From: Chryseolinea sp.
GTDB lineage: Bacteria > Bacteroidota > Bacteroidia > Cytophagales > Cyclobacteriaceae
Length of the DNA stretch: 64,000 bases
Direction: 5' to 3'
NCBI GenBank assembly: GCA_037720155.1
Contig: JBBJMI010000005.1
Location: forward strand, 255,686-319,685
How positions within the stretch are numbered: position 1 is the stretch's first letter; each line of letters starts with the position of its first letter. Both the position numbers and the translations under genes were made by a program. Below the pieces are notes generated by a model that searched no databases, had not been told where the DNA came from, and saw only the letters and a list, made by a program, of their open reading frames with translations. Shown one piece after another: positions 47,273 through 57,202 of this stretch.

Positions 47273-48643
47273 TCAAACCGTGTCAGGTAGCGGATGCGTC
47301 CAGGGCTTCCGGTACGTCCGCTGAAGAAGCGCGTTAGCTTCGCGATCGCCGACCACTTCGTGTTTCACCGGATCATAGTTAACAGGTCTGCCGGTCTTCA
47401 TGGATACATTCGCAAGGATGCAGCAGGCCGTGGAAATATGGCCCTCCTCAATATCGGCAACAGGACGCGTGCCTTTATCAATGGCGGCAAGAAAGTCAAG
47501 CATGTGTAATCGGGTCGCAGGTGCAGCATTAAGCTCGATGTCCTTTTCTGTCAGATCTTCGGGATATTTTTCTTTTTCGTACACGACATCTTTATGAATG
47601 GGCTTTTCCTTTTTGTCGTGAGGAATAAAATCGTAACGCATGGTGCTGCCTTTCAATGTTCCCTTATCTCCATAAAGGACGAATGCCCAGGGATAGTCGG
47701 GGTCGGCCGGTGTTCCCCATGAACGATGCTGCCACACGCAATTCAATTCATCGTATTGAAAAATTGCGGACTGCGTATCGGCGATATTTGATTTTCCTTC
47801 TTTCTGAACGAAAATGCCTCCAGTGGAAACGATGCTTTTTGGCCAGCCAAGCTTCAACATCCATCGCACGGTATCAAACATGTGCACGCACATGTCGCCC
47901 ATTATTCCATTTCCATATTCCATAAATGTCCTCCACCAACGAAGATGTGGTATTCCGTCGTATGGCCGCAGCGGTGCAGGTCCCGTCCACATTTCGTAAT
48001 CAAGAAAATCGGGCACTGGCTCCAATGGGGGATTGCCATTATTGCGCATTGGAATATAACAGCACATTTCTACATGCGAAATCTTACCCAGCAAGCCCGC
48101 ATCGACAATGTTTTTCTTTGCCTCGATAAGGTGGGGCGTGCTTTTACGTTGTGTGCCAACCTGTACCACGCGTTTATATTTTCTCGCAGCCGCGATCATC
48201 GCATCGCCTTCAACAACGTCGACGCTGATTGGTTTTTGCACATATACGTGTGCTCCGGCCTTTACCGCGTCGATCATTTGTAAGGCATGCCAATGATCTG
48301 GAGTTCCGATTAATACGATATCCATTTCATTTTCGGCAAGCATCTTTTGATAATCTCCGTAAAGCCGTGGTGTTTTGCCTGACTTTTGGCGCTTGCTAAC
48401 GAGATTGCCCGCGCCTTTCAGCATATTCTTATCAACATCACATAAGGCTACCACCTCTATGGGAGCGACCTGCATGAGTCGGAAAAGATCACTTTTTCCA
48501 TACCAGCCGGTCCCTATTAATCCAACACGCAGTAATTTTTGGGGGTTGATAATGTCCATTCCCTGTGCACCCAATGCTGTAAGCGCGAGAGAGGCTGTCG
48601 CCCCCTTTAGAAAGTGCCGGCGATTAATGTTAAAAATATCCAT
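47273..48643 (-). CDS. Gfo/Idh/MocA-family oxidoreductase with a Tat leader (periplasmic)
   Basis: The twin-arginine leader is INRRHFLKGATASLALTALGAQG. The Rossmann start is LRVGLIGTGWYG. 456 aa. Confidence 0.85.
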   Translation of the reverse strand: MDIFNINRRHFLKGATASLALTALGAQGMDIINPQKLLRVGLIGTGWYGKSDLFRLMQVAPIEVVALCDVDKNMLKGAGNLVSKRQKSGKTPRLYGDYQKMLAENEMDIVLIGTPDHWHALQMIDAVKAGAHVYVQKPISVDVVEGDAMIAAARKYKRVVQVGTQRKSTPHLIEAKKNIVDAGLLGKISHVEMCCYIPMRNNGNPPLEPVPDFLDYEMWTGPAPLRPYDGIPHLRWWRTFMEYGNGIMGDMCVHMFDTVRWMLKLGWPKSIVSTGGIFVQKEGKSNIADTQSAIFQYDELNCVWQHRSWGTPADPDYPWAFVLYGDKGTLKGSTMRYDFIPHDKKEKPIHKDVVYEKEKYPEDLTEKDIELNAAPATRLHMLDFLAAIDKGTRPVADIEEGHISTACCILANVSMKTGRPVNYDPVKHEVVGDREANALLQRTYRKPWTHPLPDTV

Positions 48644-48914
48644 GGCTAAAGAATTTTTTTAGAATTTAAGGATTTCACACGTATTCGTTCCAAATTAACG
48701 GATATGAACGTCATCACCAACATTCATCGCACTTGTTGCTATCATTTAACGTCACATCATTTTTGCTTTTGACAGGCGGGTTTAATTTGTGACTAGTGGA
48801 ACATGGACGTAAACTTTTGCGACAAATTTGGAAGCCATAATAAATTTATGGTAAGTAATAGATAATAAACTTTCACGGGCACTTGTTCTCACAGGCCACA
48901 CAGACTTTCAATTG

Positions 48915-50138
48915 ATGGAATTAAAAAAGTTAAGCGCAGGTCAGGTTCAGGTTGCCGCCACGGGTTTTCTAAGCTTGTTTTCTCTGGTGGGTATCATGTT
49001 TTATGGCCTGCCATTTTTTTACGATTTCTGGGTGACGGATTTTGGGTGGAGTCGCACTACCGTAACATCGGGAAATGCTTTAGCGAAGCTCATTATTGGA
49101 CCTGCTTTTGGATTTCTTGCCGGCTGGATAATTGATCGTTTCGGCCCGCGTCGTTTGATGCTCACGGGTATTGTTATGGGTGGCATTGCATTGATTGGAC
49201 TCAGCATGATGACATCACTTTGGCAGTTTTACCTGTTCTACATGTTCAACGCCATCGGATACATGTGCGGCGGTCCGTTGCCAAACCAGGTCCTTATTTC
49301 ACGATGGTTTACAACGGCACGGGGAAAAGCAATGGGAATAGCCTACCTGGGGATAGGAGTAGGCGGCATGCTCGTCCCCCAGGCAGCCCGTTGGTTGAAT
49401 TTTCAGTTTGGATGGCAACAAGCATTGATGACCCTGGGGATATTGATGGTAATAGTTGCCTTTCCAATGGCCTGGCTTGTGAAAGAGAATCCGCCTGATG
49501 CGGAGGCTGCGACACTTAAAGCCCATCCGGTAACCTTCGGCGCAATTCTTAAAAGTTGGCCGTTTTACCTGTTGCTTATTGGTAGCATGTGCTCTATTGG
49601 TGCCGTTGCAGGAACAAGTCAAAATTTAAAACTGTTCTTTAGCATAGACCTAAAGTACTCACAGTCGCAGGCGGCTAACGTCATGTCAATCGTTTTAGGG
49701 GCGAGCATCATCGGACGCCTTACCATGGGCTGGCTCGCGGACAGAATGCAAAAGAAATATGTTATGATGATTATCTATGCCCTCGTTTCCCTTTCGATTC
49801 CATTACTTTATTATGCCTCAACGCCGGGGGTAGTGTATGTGTTTGCGTTTCTGTTCGGCGTCGCCCTGGGCGGTGACTATATGATCATTCCCCTTATGGC
49901 GGCGGAACTTTTCGGTGTGAAGGTTATGGGGCGCGTAATGGGACTGGTGATAACCGCGGATGGTATAGCTGAAGCCGTGGCCCCGATGCTGGCAGCAAGC
50001 TTACGCGACCAGCGTGGAAGTTACGCTGATGGGTTTACTGCATTGATCGCACTGGCGGTAATCGGGACAATTGCGGTTTCACTGTTGCCAGGAAAACAAA
50101 ACATTTTCGAGACAAAGGATACCCAGCAGGTGCAATGA
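48915..50138 (+). CDS. MFS transporter (OFA/monocarboxylate-like), substrate unknown
   Basis: About 12 hydrophobic segments. It has GWIIDRFGPRRLML. ATG 48915 is preferred over the adjacent TTG 48912. Confidence 0.8.
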   Translation: MELKKLSAGQVQVAATGFLSLFSLVGIMFYGLPFFYDFWVTDFGWSRTTVTSGNALAKLIIGPAFGFLAGWIIDRFGPRRLMLTGIVMGGIALIGLSMMTSLWQFYLFYMFNAIGYMCGGPLPNQVLISRWFTTARGKAMGIAYLGIGVGGMLVPQAARWLNFQFGWQQALMTLGILMVIVAFPMAWLVKENPPDAEAATLKAHPVTFGAILKSWPFYLLLIGSMCSIGAVAGTSQNLKLFFSIDLKYSQSQAANVMSIVLGASIIGRLTMGWLADRMQKKYVMMIIYALVSLSIPLLYYASTPGVVYVFAFLFGVALGGDYMIIPLMAAELFGVKVMGRVMGLVITADGIAEAVAPMLAASLRDQRGSYADGFTALIALAVIGTIAVSLLPGKQNIFETKDTQQVQ

Positions 50139-50362
50139 TAAAAGTATATCACATTGATCTGCTTTGGGAGTAAGAAAATCCCTGAGCGATGTCGGTTAAT
50201 TTCCTATGGATAAACGATACGACTAAGTTTAAATGTTCAAAGGCAATAATTCAACGTTTATTAGCGCTAAACGACGTAATTACGAGGATGTAAAAATCAG
50301 ATTTCTTCTGACTAAATCCATTCCGGGGCTAATCATCTTTGCCTCGAATTATAATTCGTTGT

Positions 50363-51367
50363 ATGCAACCCTATCGACATTCGCAGATTCTTAGAAAAGC
50401 ATATTTTTTCCTTGCGCTACTCTTCCCTTTCAATTTCTTATCTGCCCAGTCCATTTTAGAAAACACGCAAGTCAGGTTTTTTACCGATGCTGGATTTGAA
50501 GCTACGCGTGACAGCACGGGTAAATTTTTTCCGGAATTTCAAGCAGGGGGGATTGAGATACTGATCACTGCACAGGTTACCGACAAGATTTCATTATTGG
50601 CTGAGCCTGTTTTGAAATCAAACGGGACGGTAAGCCTCGAACGTGCAATGATTAAATATTCATTTAGTCATTACATAAATGTAAGTGCAGGCAGGCTCTA
50701 TACACCAATTGGTCTTTGGAACACCACATTTTTTCGATTTGCTAAAGCGCTTACCCCGACAATTGATGCTCCTCAAATAATAGCCAATTTTGAAGAAGGT
50801 GGGTTAGCGTTAAACAAGGATAACGGGATCATGATCAGCGGGGACGATATAACAAAATTGCGTTTTGGATATCGCGCTATGGTAGGCAACGGTTATAATC
50901 AACCCAACTCGCGCGATAAGCAATATATCGTCAATATATTTCTTGAACCGGTCGACAATCTCAGATTTGCCGCTTCTGTTTCTTCGACGAAAACGACCGG
51001 ACTTTTTACGCCTACTAAATCAACCTTAGATGGAATTGCGCTTGCGGGTATGTACATGGGCGGGAAAGAGATTGAATTGGCTTATGAATATTACGTGGGG
51101 CACATTCATAATTCTGTATACAGTTCGGTGGGGCATGTACACTATGGTTACGTAGGATATAAGATCAAGAGATTCACGCCATATGTTCATTACTATAGAG
51201 GATACGGAATGGAGAGTGGAGTCTTTAAAAATCGAACCAATGCAACCCTTGGCCTGCGTTACAATTTTACCGCACTTTCAGTGCTTAAATTTGAGGCCGA
51301 ATTCCTGGAGGCGAACGATTTCGCAAAAGTCAATCAGTTTAAAATTCAGTGGGCCATAGGTTTTTAA
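50363..51367 (+). CDS. Putative outer-membrane beta-barrel (porin-like) protein
   Basis: ATG 50363 gives a Sec leader (AYFFLALLFPFNFLSAQ). Amphipathic beta-strand patterns alternate throughout. The C-terminal residue is aromatic (...IQWAIGF). Confidence 0.5.
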   Translation: MQPYRHSQILRKAYFFLALLFPFNFLSAQSILENTQVRFFTDAGFEATRDSTGKFFPEFQAGGIEILITAQVTDKISLLAEPVLKSNGTVSLERAMIKYSFSHYINVSAGRLYTPIGLWNTTFFRFAKALTPTIDAPQIIANFEEGGLALNKDNGIMISGDDITKLRFGYRAMVGNGYNQPNSRDKQYIVNIFLEPVDNLRFAASVSSTKTTGLFTPTKSTLDGIALAGMYMGGKEIELAYEYYVGHIHNSVYSSVGHVHYGYVGYKIKRFTPYVHYYRGYGMESGVFKNRTNATLGLRYNFTALSVLKFEAEFLEANDFAKVNQFKIQWAIGF

Positions 51368-51396
51368 ATGCCTTGGCCTAATCCAGGAAACTCATT

Positions 51397-51855
51397 ATGA
51401 AAGCAACATTAATTCGCTCTACAATCTGCATAATTTTCTTCTCCCTGGTATCATTCGATATGAGGTACATCCCACCCGCCGGAAGCATCGCAATAATCAT
51501 AAATAAAGAAAATCCAGTATCCGAACTTTCAGCTAGCGAAGTTAAGCTCTACTACCTTCGAAGAATCAAGAAGCGTTGGCCGGTAATTAATAAGAATATT
51601 CGTCCAGCTGATCTGAAGAAATCCTGTGAAGAACGCGAGGCTTTTTATGCATTGTTGGGATTCAGTGGCTTTCAGGTGGAACAGTATTTTATTACGAAGC
51701 AACTCCAGAATGCAGAGCGCCCACCTGACAAATTTGCTACTGAGGCTGAACTTATTGATTTTGTCGCTGGGGAAATCGGTGCCATCGGATACATCAAAGC
51801 CAGTTCAGTTACGCCTGAGATAATGGAAAGAGTTAAAGTTGTTTTCACCCGGTGA
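51397..51855 (+). CDS. Small secreted PstS/PBP-like (phosphate-binding-protein-like half-domain) protein
   Basis: 152 aa with a signal peptide. SIAIIINKENPVSELSASEVKLYY...GAIGYIKAS resembles type-2 periplasmic binding (PBP_like_2) segments. It sits 30 nt after the beta-barrel gene and 31 nt before the kinase gene. Confidence 0.45.
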   Translation: MKATLIRSTICIIFFSLVSFDMRYIPPAGSIAIIINKENPVSELSASEVKLYYLRRIKKRWPVINKNIRPADLKKSCEEREAFYALLGFSGFQVEQYFITKQLQNAERPPDKFATEAELIDFVAGEIGAIGYIKASSVTPEIMERVKVVFTR

Positions 51856-51886
51856 AAACAGCGGGACCAAATAATATCCAATTGTT

Positions 51887-54556
51887 ATGAAGTTAAACCT
51901 CCGGCTTTCCCACAGAATTTCAATTGGATACTTGTTCATTATTATCGTAGCCATCATTGCGACACTCTTCGTTATAAAAACATTGGATAATAATAAGGGT
52001 CTGGACGAACGTCTTGAAAGCTACTATCTTCCACTTTATCTGCTATTAAAAGACACAGACAAGTTGCTTGATGATTCTTACAAGCTTTCGAACAACTGGA
52101 TTTATCAGTCTGATATTGAAGAAAAAAGAAGGCTTAAGGCTATCCACGATGCAGAATTCCCGCTGGTTAGAAAAAAACTTATAGTAACGCTACATCAGGA
52201 CGTAGAACACAACAAAAGCATTGAAGATGCAATAAAACGATTTGATCAGCTAATATTAGCGCAGAAGCAATTGATGGGTATTTTATCAGCGGATACTTCT
52301 TATCATAATGATAAAACAGTCGATCAGGCTATTTTACTGTTAAATAAAAGAATCACCCCTCAGACGGCAAGAACCTCTTACGATATTCACGCATTGATAA
52401 GTTTTCAGGAACTACAAATGAAGCAGGTGCGTCGTGAAAAGCAACGTTCATATGACTTCCTCACCAGTTTACTGGTTGTCATGATTCTTCTCTTTATAGG
52501 TGCGGCATTCGTCGCTTACTTTTATTCCAGGAGTGGAGTCGTGAAACCTATTATTGCTCTCAAAGACATCATTTTACAGATCGGCGAAGGCAAAGTCGTA
52601 ACGGCAGAATTCCAACAACGCGAAGATGAGATTGGGGAGATGAACAACGCTATCACTACTTTGATGAATGGTATCAACGCCAAATCGGCATTTGCCTTAC
52701 AGGTCGGAAAAGGGAACTATGAAGCAGACTTTAAACTGATCAGCGAGGAAGATATTATGGGGAAAGCGCTTCTTCACATGCGTAAAAATCTACAGCGAAA
52801 TGCTGAAGAAGTAAAAGAAAGAACGAATGAAGCGATCTTACAGAAAGAAGACCTTCAAACCCAGTCTGAATATTTAAAGGAGGCTAACGACAGGCTAATT
52901 GCACAGCATGAGCAACTATTGTTAAAGCAAGAAGATGCAGAGAAAGCCAGAGCTGAAGCTGAACAGGCAAAAATTGAGGCTGACCATGCTAATCAGGCAA
53001 AGAGCGTATTCCTTGCAACAATGAGCCATGAGATACGCACGCCAATGAACGGTGTAATCGGGATGGCTTCACTTTTGTCGGAAACGGAAATGACTGCCGA
53101 GCAGCATGAGTATACCGACACTATAAAAAGTTGTGGGGAAAACTTACTGACTGTAATAAATGATGTACTTGATTTCTCCAAAATTGAATCTGGAAAGATG
53201 GAACTGGAGGAACGTGATTTCGACCTTCGGACCTGTATTGAAGAAGTCCTGGATGTGTTTGCAGGAAAAGCCTCCCAGGTCGGACTTGACCTGGTCTACG
53301 AAATGGATTACAATGTTCCAGCACAAATAGTTGGCGATAGCACCCGACTGAGACAAGTCATGATGAATCTCGTCGGCAACTCCATTAAGTTTACCCACAA
53401 GGGTGAGATTTTTATAGGCGTACACTTGCTTCATATGAACGGGGAGGAAGCAGAGCTCGGCTTCAACGTGCGGGATACCGGAATAGGTATCCCTCTAGAT
53501 AAGATCGATCGCTTGTTCAAAGCGTTTTCTCAGGTGGATTCCTCAACAACCAGAAAATATGGAGGAACCGGATTAGGGCTTGTCATTTCCGAAAAGTTAA
53601 TCAGCTTGATGGGAGGGGCAATTACGGTGGAGAGCGTAGAAGGCCATGGTACAACGTTCACGTTTACGTTGCGCGTGAGGGTGAGCGAAGCGTCGGTCCG
53701 CACCTATGTGCACCATAACATGGCTGGTTCGGAAGGCAAACAGGTTCTTGTAATAGATGACAATGCCACGAACCGCAGCATTCTGAAGAATCAAATGCTC
53801 CATTGGAATTTGGTTCCCACGCTTGCGAATTCTGGCGATCATGCGCTCGAAATATTGGCGGAGGGTAAAACATTCGACCTGATCGTGACGGACATGCAAA
53901 TGCCAGACATGGATGGCACGCAACTCGCGCGGGCCATTCGAAAACAGCATCGCGCGACTCCGATCATCTTATTGAGTTCCATGGGCGACGATGCTGCTAA
54001 GTTGCATCCCGAGCTATTTTCAGCTGTGTTGACAAAGCCAGTGAGACAGGCGACGCTCCATAAACATATTCTTCTTCAACTTAAGCAGCAGGAAAAAACA
54101 TTTGTAGAAGAGCCTGCGGTTAAAAAAACATTTACTGTAGAGTTTGCACAGAAATATCCTCTGAGTATCCTCATTGCAGAGGACAACCCGGTAAACCAAA
54201 AACTGGCAGAACGTGTGCTCACCAAACTAGGTTACACTCCCGCGAAAGCACTAAACGGAAAAGAGGCTGTGGAAGCCGTCCAGGAAAAGAACTATCAAAT
54301 CATCTTAATGGATGTACAAATGCCCGTAATGGATGGGTTAGAGGCGACTAAGGCAATCCGTCAGATGAAAGTGACTCAGCCAGTCATCATTGCAGTTACG
54401 GCAAATGCTATGCAGGGAGACAAGGAAATATGTTTGAATGCGGGCATGGATGAATACATCTCAAAGCCGATCAAGCTCGAAGAGCTTGTGAAAGTCATAG
54501 AAAAGTGGGCTGAAAGGTTAATTCAGAATGGAAACATTCATGCGCTCTCAAAATAG
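51887..54556 (+). CDS. Hybrid sensor histidine kinase with two receiver domains
   Basis: Two TM helices bracket a helical periplasmic region of about 170 aa, followed by a HAMP-like segment and a coiled coil. The H-box is [16 protein letters not shown]. The ATPase boxes are [16 protein letters not shown] and GGTGLGL. REC1 is [10 protein letters not shown]...DMQMPDMDG...TKP. REC2 is [10 protein letters not shown]...DVQMPVMDG...SKP. Confidence 0.92.
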   Translation: MKLNLRLSHRISIGYLFIIIVAIIATLFVIKTLDNNKGLDERLESYYLPLYLLLKDTDKLLDDSYKLSNNWIYQSDIEEKRRLKAIHDAEFPLVRKKLIVTLHQDVEHNKSIEDAIKRFDQLILAQKQLMGILSADTSYHNDKTVDQAILLLNKRITPQTARTSYDIHALISFQELQMKQVRREKQRSYDFLTSLLVVMILLFIGAAFVAYFYSRSGVVKPIIALKDIILQIGEGKVVTAEFQQREDEIGEMNNAITTLMNGINAKSAFALQVGKGNYEADFKLISEEDIMGKALLHMRKNLQRNAEEVKERTNEAILQKEDLQTQSEYLKEANDRLIAQHEQLLLKQEDAEKARAEAEQAKIEADHANQAKSVFLATMSHEIRTPMNGVIGMASLLSETEMTAEQHEYTDTIKSCGENLLTVINDVLDFSKIESGKMELEERDFDLRTCIEEVLDVFAGKASQVGLDLVYEMDYNVPAQIVGDSTRLRQVMMNLVGNSIKFTHKGEIFIGVHLLHMNGEEAELGFNVRDTGIGIPLDKIDRLFKAFSQVDSSTTRKYGGTGLGLVISEKLISLMGGAITVESVEGHGTTFTFTLRVRVSEASVRTYVHHNMAGSEGKQVLVIDDNATNRSILKNQMLHWNLVPTLANSGDHALEILAEGKTFDLIVTDMQMPDMDGTQLARAIRKQHRATPIILLSSMGDDAAKLHPELFSAVLTKPVRQATLHKHILLQLKQQEKTFVEEPAVKKTFTVEFAQKYPLSILIAEDNPVNQKLAERVLTKLGYTPAKALNGKEAVEAVQEKNYQIILMDVQMPVMDGLEATKAIRQMKVTQPVIIAVTANAMQGDKEICLNAGMDEYISKPIKLEELVKVIEKWAERLIQNGNIHALSK

Positions 54557-54636
54557 GGAAACATCGCTGTACCTTTAAGCCTAATGACGACGTATGAACA
54601 GTGATTCAAAATGATCCCGGCTTCGCGATGATTGCA

Positions 54637-55797
54637 TCATTTTTTTATGGTCAGTCGCTGCGATTGTTCTTGCGCTTTTAATGCGAGCTCTGTAGCAAGA
54701 AAGCAGTGTTGTTGTGTCATTGCGGTCTCCGTCCGGTTCACAATGTCATTCATCAATTGCGCCCCATAAGTAAGTTGAACATCATTGCAATCAATGTATC
54801 GTGTTTCCTTTTGATCAACCAGAAAGAGATGATTTCCGCCGGCGCGGCCGGATATGTCGATGTTTTTACGTAGTTCTATATATCCTTCAGTACCGAGTAT
54901 CGTTAACCTGCCATCACCCCAGGTTGCCAGTCCGTCGGGAGTAAACCAGTCTACGCGGATGTATCCCGATCCTTCATTTCCCCGCAAGGTAACATCGCCA
55001 AAATCTTCGAATCCAGGATATTGCGGATAATGCACGTTACCTGCTTGTGATGAAACAATTGTCGCTTCGGATGATCCTGTAAAAAATAAAAATTGATCGA
55101 ATTGGTGTGATCCGATGTCACACAAAATTCCACCATACTGATCGCGATCGAAAAACCAGGGTGGGCGCGACTTGATATTCATCCGGTGCGGTCCGAGTCC
55201 AATGGTTTGAATTACTTTTCCAATCGCGCCCGCTTTCACAAGGTCTCCTGCCTTGACGGTAGCTTTATTTTCCAGCCGCTCGCTGTACATAATTGAATAT
55301 ATCTTCTTTGTCTGCGCTTGAACCTTCTTGACCTCTTCAAATTGTTTAAGCGTTATGATTCCAGGTTTATCAACCATGTAATCCTTGCCATGCTGCATAA
55401 CACGGACGCCCAATGGTGCACGGTCGACGGGTATTGAGGCGCTAACAATAAGCTGAAGAGTATTGTCTTCAAGGATCTCGTTCTCTGAACGGGCAACTTT
55501 CACTTCCGGATAGCGCTTGGTGAATGCGGCGAGTAAATCAGGCTCTTTTGCATAGCAAGAGACCAGAGTGCCACCTCCACGAACTACTGCGTCGACCTGT
55601 CCATAAATATGACCGTGATTAAGGCCAATAACGGCGAACCGGACAGGAGGTAAGGAAGGATTCGCGTGCTTTGACTGATTGCCTCTCACGGCAGTTGGCC
55701 CCGCAATGTTTGAGTACGCTTGTGGTAACGTTGTAGTAAAAAGGCCGGCGGTTGAGGCCAAAGACTGTCTCAGGAATTTACGGCGATTGGCTTTCAT
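54637..55797 (-). CDS. Gfo/Idh/MocA-family oxidoreductase with a Tat leader (periplasmic)
   Basis: The twin-arginine leader is KANRRKFLRQSLASTAGLF. The Rossmann start is VRFAVIGLNHGH. 386 aa. It appears monocistronic. Confidence 0.85.
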   Translation of the reverse strand: MKANRRKFLRQSLASTAGLFTTTLPQAYSNIAGPTAVRGNQSKHANPSLPPVRFAVIGLNHGHIYGQVDAVVRGGGTLVSCYAKEPDLLAAFTKRYPEVKVARSENEILEDNTLQLIVSASIPVDRAPLGVRVMQHGKDYMVDKPGIITLKQFEEVKKVQAQTKKIYSIMYSERLENKATVKAGDLVKAGAIGKVIQTIGLGPHRMNIKSRPPWFFDRDQYGGILCDIGSHQFDQFLFFTGSSEATIVSSQAGNVHYPQYPGFEDFGDVTLRGNEGSGYIRVDWFTPDGLATWGDGRLTILGTEGYIELRKNIDISGRAGGNHLFLVDQKETRYIDCNDVQLTYGAQLMNDIVNRTETAMTQQHCFLATELALKAQEQSQRLTIKK

Positions 55798-55973
55798 AAA
55801 TTTACAGTTAATCTACGAGTATAAAATAATCATTGGTAAAATTCAAATAGTATCGTACAACCGGCGGGTTGAGAAGGTTACGTCAAATGAAATATTGACA
55901 AGGTTTAATGTTTTATTCAGCCGGGTTCCTAACTTCGTTCCAAAATGTATCGGCCAGACCAAACATGTTACAT

Positions 55974-56483
55974 ATGAAATCACTGTTCATTTTACTCATA
56001 GTTTTCGTTTACACCATGGCATCAGCGCAAACCACGACTTTGAAAATTGGAGATATAGCACCTGCGTTCTCAGGAAAGGACCAGGATGGTAAACCAATTT
56101 CATTAAGTTCCCTAAAGGGCAAAAAGGTTGTTCTTTATTTTTACCCGAAAGATCAAACTCCGGGATGTACTGCGCAAGCTTGCAATTTACGGGACAATGC
56201 CGACAGGCTTACGCAAGAGGGTTATGTTATCCTGGGTGTAAGCACTGACAACGAAGCATCTCATCGCGAGTTCCGCGAAAAATATAACCTTCCGTTAACA
56301 TTGGTTGCTGATACAGACAAGTCAATTACGAAAGTTTACGGTGTATGGGTTGAAAAAGAGCGCAACGGAGAAAAGTATTGGGGTACCGCCCGTACAACTT
56401 TTATCATCGATGCTAACGGTAAAATTACCGACATAATCGATAAAGTTGAAACTAAAGACCACGCATCACAGATACTTAATTAG
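55974..56483 (+). CDS. bcp: Bcp-type thiol peroxidase (peroxiredoxin), with a Sec-type leader
   Basis: The peroxidatic Cys context is YFYPKDQTPGCTAQAC. ATG 55974 gives MKSLFILLIVFVYTMASAQ. The alternative ATG at 56016 would give a leaderless form. Confidence 0.88.
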   Translation: MKSLFILLIVFVYTMASAQTTTLKIGDIAPAFSGKDQDGKPISLSSLKGKKVVLYFYPKDQTPGCTAQACNLRDNADRLTQEGYVILGVSTDNEASHREFREKYNLPLTLVADTDKSITKVYGVWVEKERNGEKYWGTARTTFIIDANGKITDIIDKVETKDHASQILN

Positions 56484-56553
56484 TGGGGTATCTCTACCGT
56501 TCGGGACCATATATTGGGAGCATGCTTCTGTAGCCATCCAATTGTAACTATCG

Positions 56554-57015
56554 ATGATGAAAATTGGAATTGCGGCAGACCACGGAGGGTTTCAGCTAAA
56601 GGAGATCACGAAATCGTGGCTCCAATCCCTCGGCTATGATGTTGAAGATTTTGGGGCATTGACGCTTGATAATGCCGATGATTATCCTGATTATATTGTA
56701 CCACTTGCTATGGCATTGGCTGCAGGTGAATTAGAACGCGGTATCGCAATATGCGGAAGTGGTGTTGGGGCATCAATTGCAGCGAATAAAGTAAGAGGTG
56801 TGCGGGCAGCGCTTATCGTTGACAGTTTTTCCGCACATCAGGGTGTCGAAGATGATGATATGAATTTACTTTGCCTCGGCGGCCGCGTCGTAGGAAATAA
56901 ATTGGCAGAAGAGCTTATCGCTTCGTTTCTAAAAGCGAAATTCATTGGTGGTGAGCGGCACAGACGAAGGCTCGATAAGGTGAATGCGCTGGAGAAGAGG
57001 GTGAAGGAGTTATGA
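56554..57015 (+). CDS. rpiB: Ribose-5-phosphate isomerase B
   Basis: 153 aa with MKIGIAADHGGFQLKE and ICGSGVGASIAANKVRGVRAA. Confidence 0.92.
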   Translation: MMKIGIAADHGGFQLKEITKSWLQSLGYDVEDFGALTLDNADDYPDYIVPLAMALAAGELERGIAICGSGVGASIAANKVRGVRAALIVDSFSAHQGVEDDDMNLLCLGGRVVGNKLAEELIASFLKAKFIGGERHRRRLDKVNALEKRVKEL

Positions 57016-57066
57016 GTTATCAATTATGAGTTATGAGTTATGAGTTATGAGTTATGAGTTATGAGT
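57007..57066. repeat. Heptanucleotide tandem repeat (GAGTTAT)n, 8 units (one variant, CAATTAT) plus a partial unit
   Basis: It reads directly as gagttat gagttat caattat gagttat gagttat gagttat gagttat gagttat gagt. The rpiB stop TGA (57013-57015) is formed at the first unit junction. Confidence 0.95.
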
Positions 57067-57202
57067 CGGCTAAGTCAAGAGTCATGAGTCGCGTTCTAAG
57101 ATCGCTTTTGCTAGTCGAATGGAGTTGCGTAAGCAAGATGAACTATCAGTTTGTACAATCAAGCTTGCAGCTTTTACAAAAAGTAAAAAACTATAGGTAG
57201 CT

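Noticed and set aside
48835-48851. A CCATAA-N5-TTATGG palindrome in the divergent region between the Tat-Gfo operon and the MFS gene, considered as a possible operator.
   Set aside because: It is a single AT-rich 6-bp dyad. No regulator gene is nearby and there is no second copy in the window. The evidence is insufficient.
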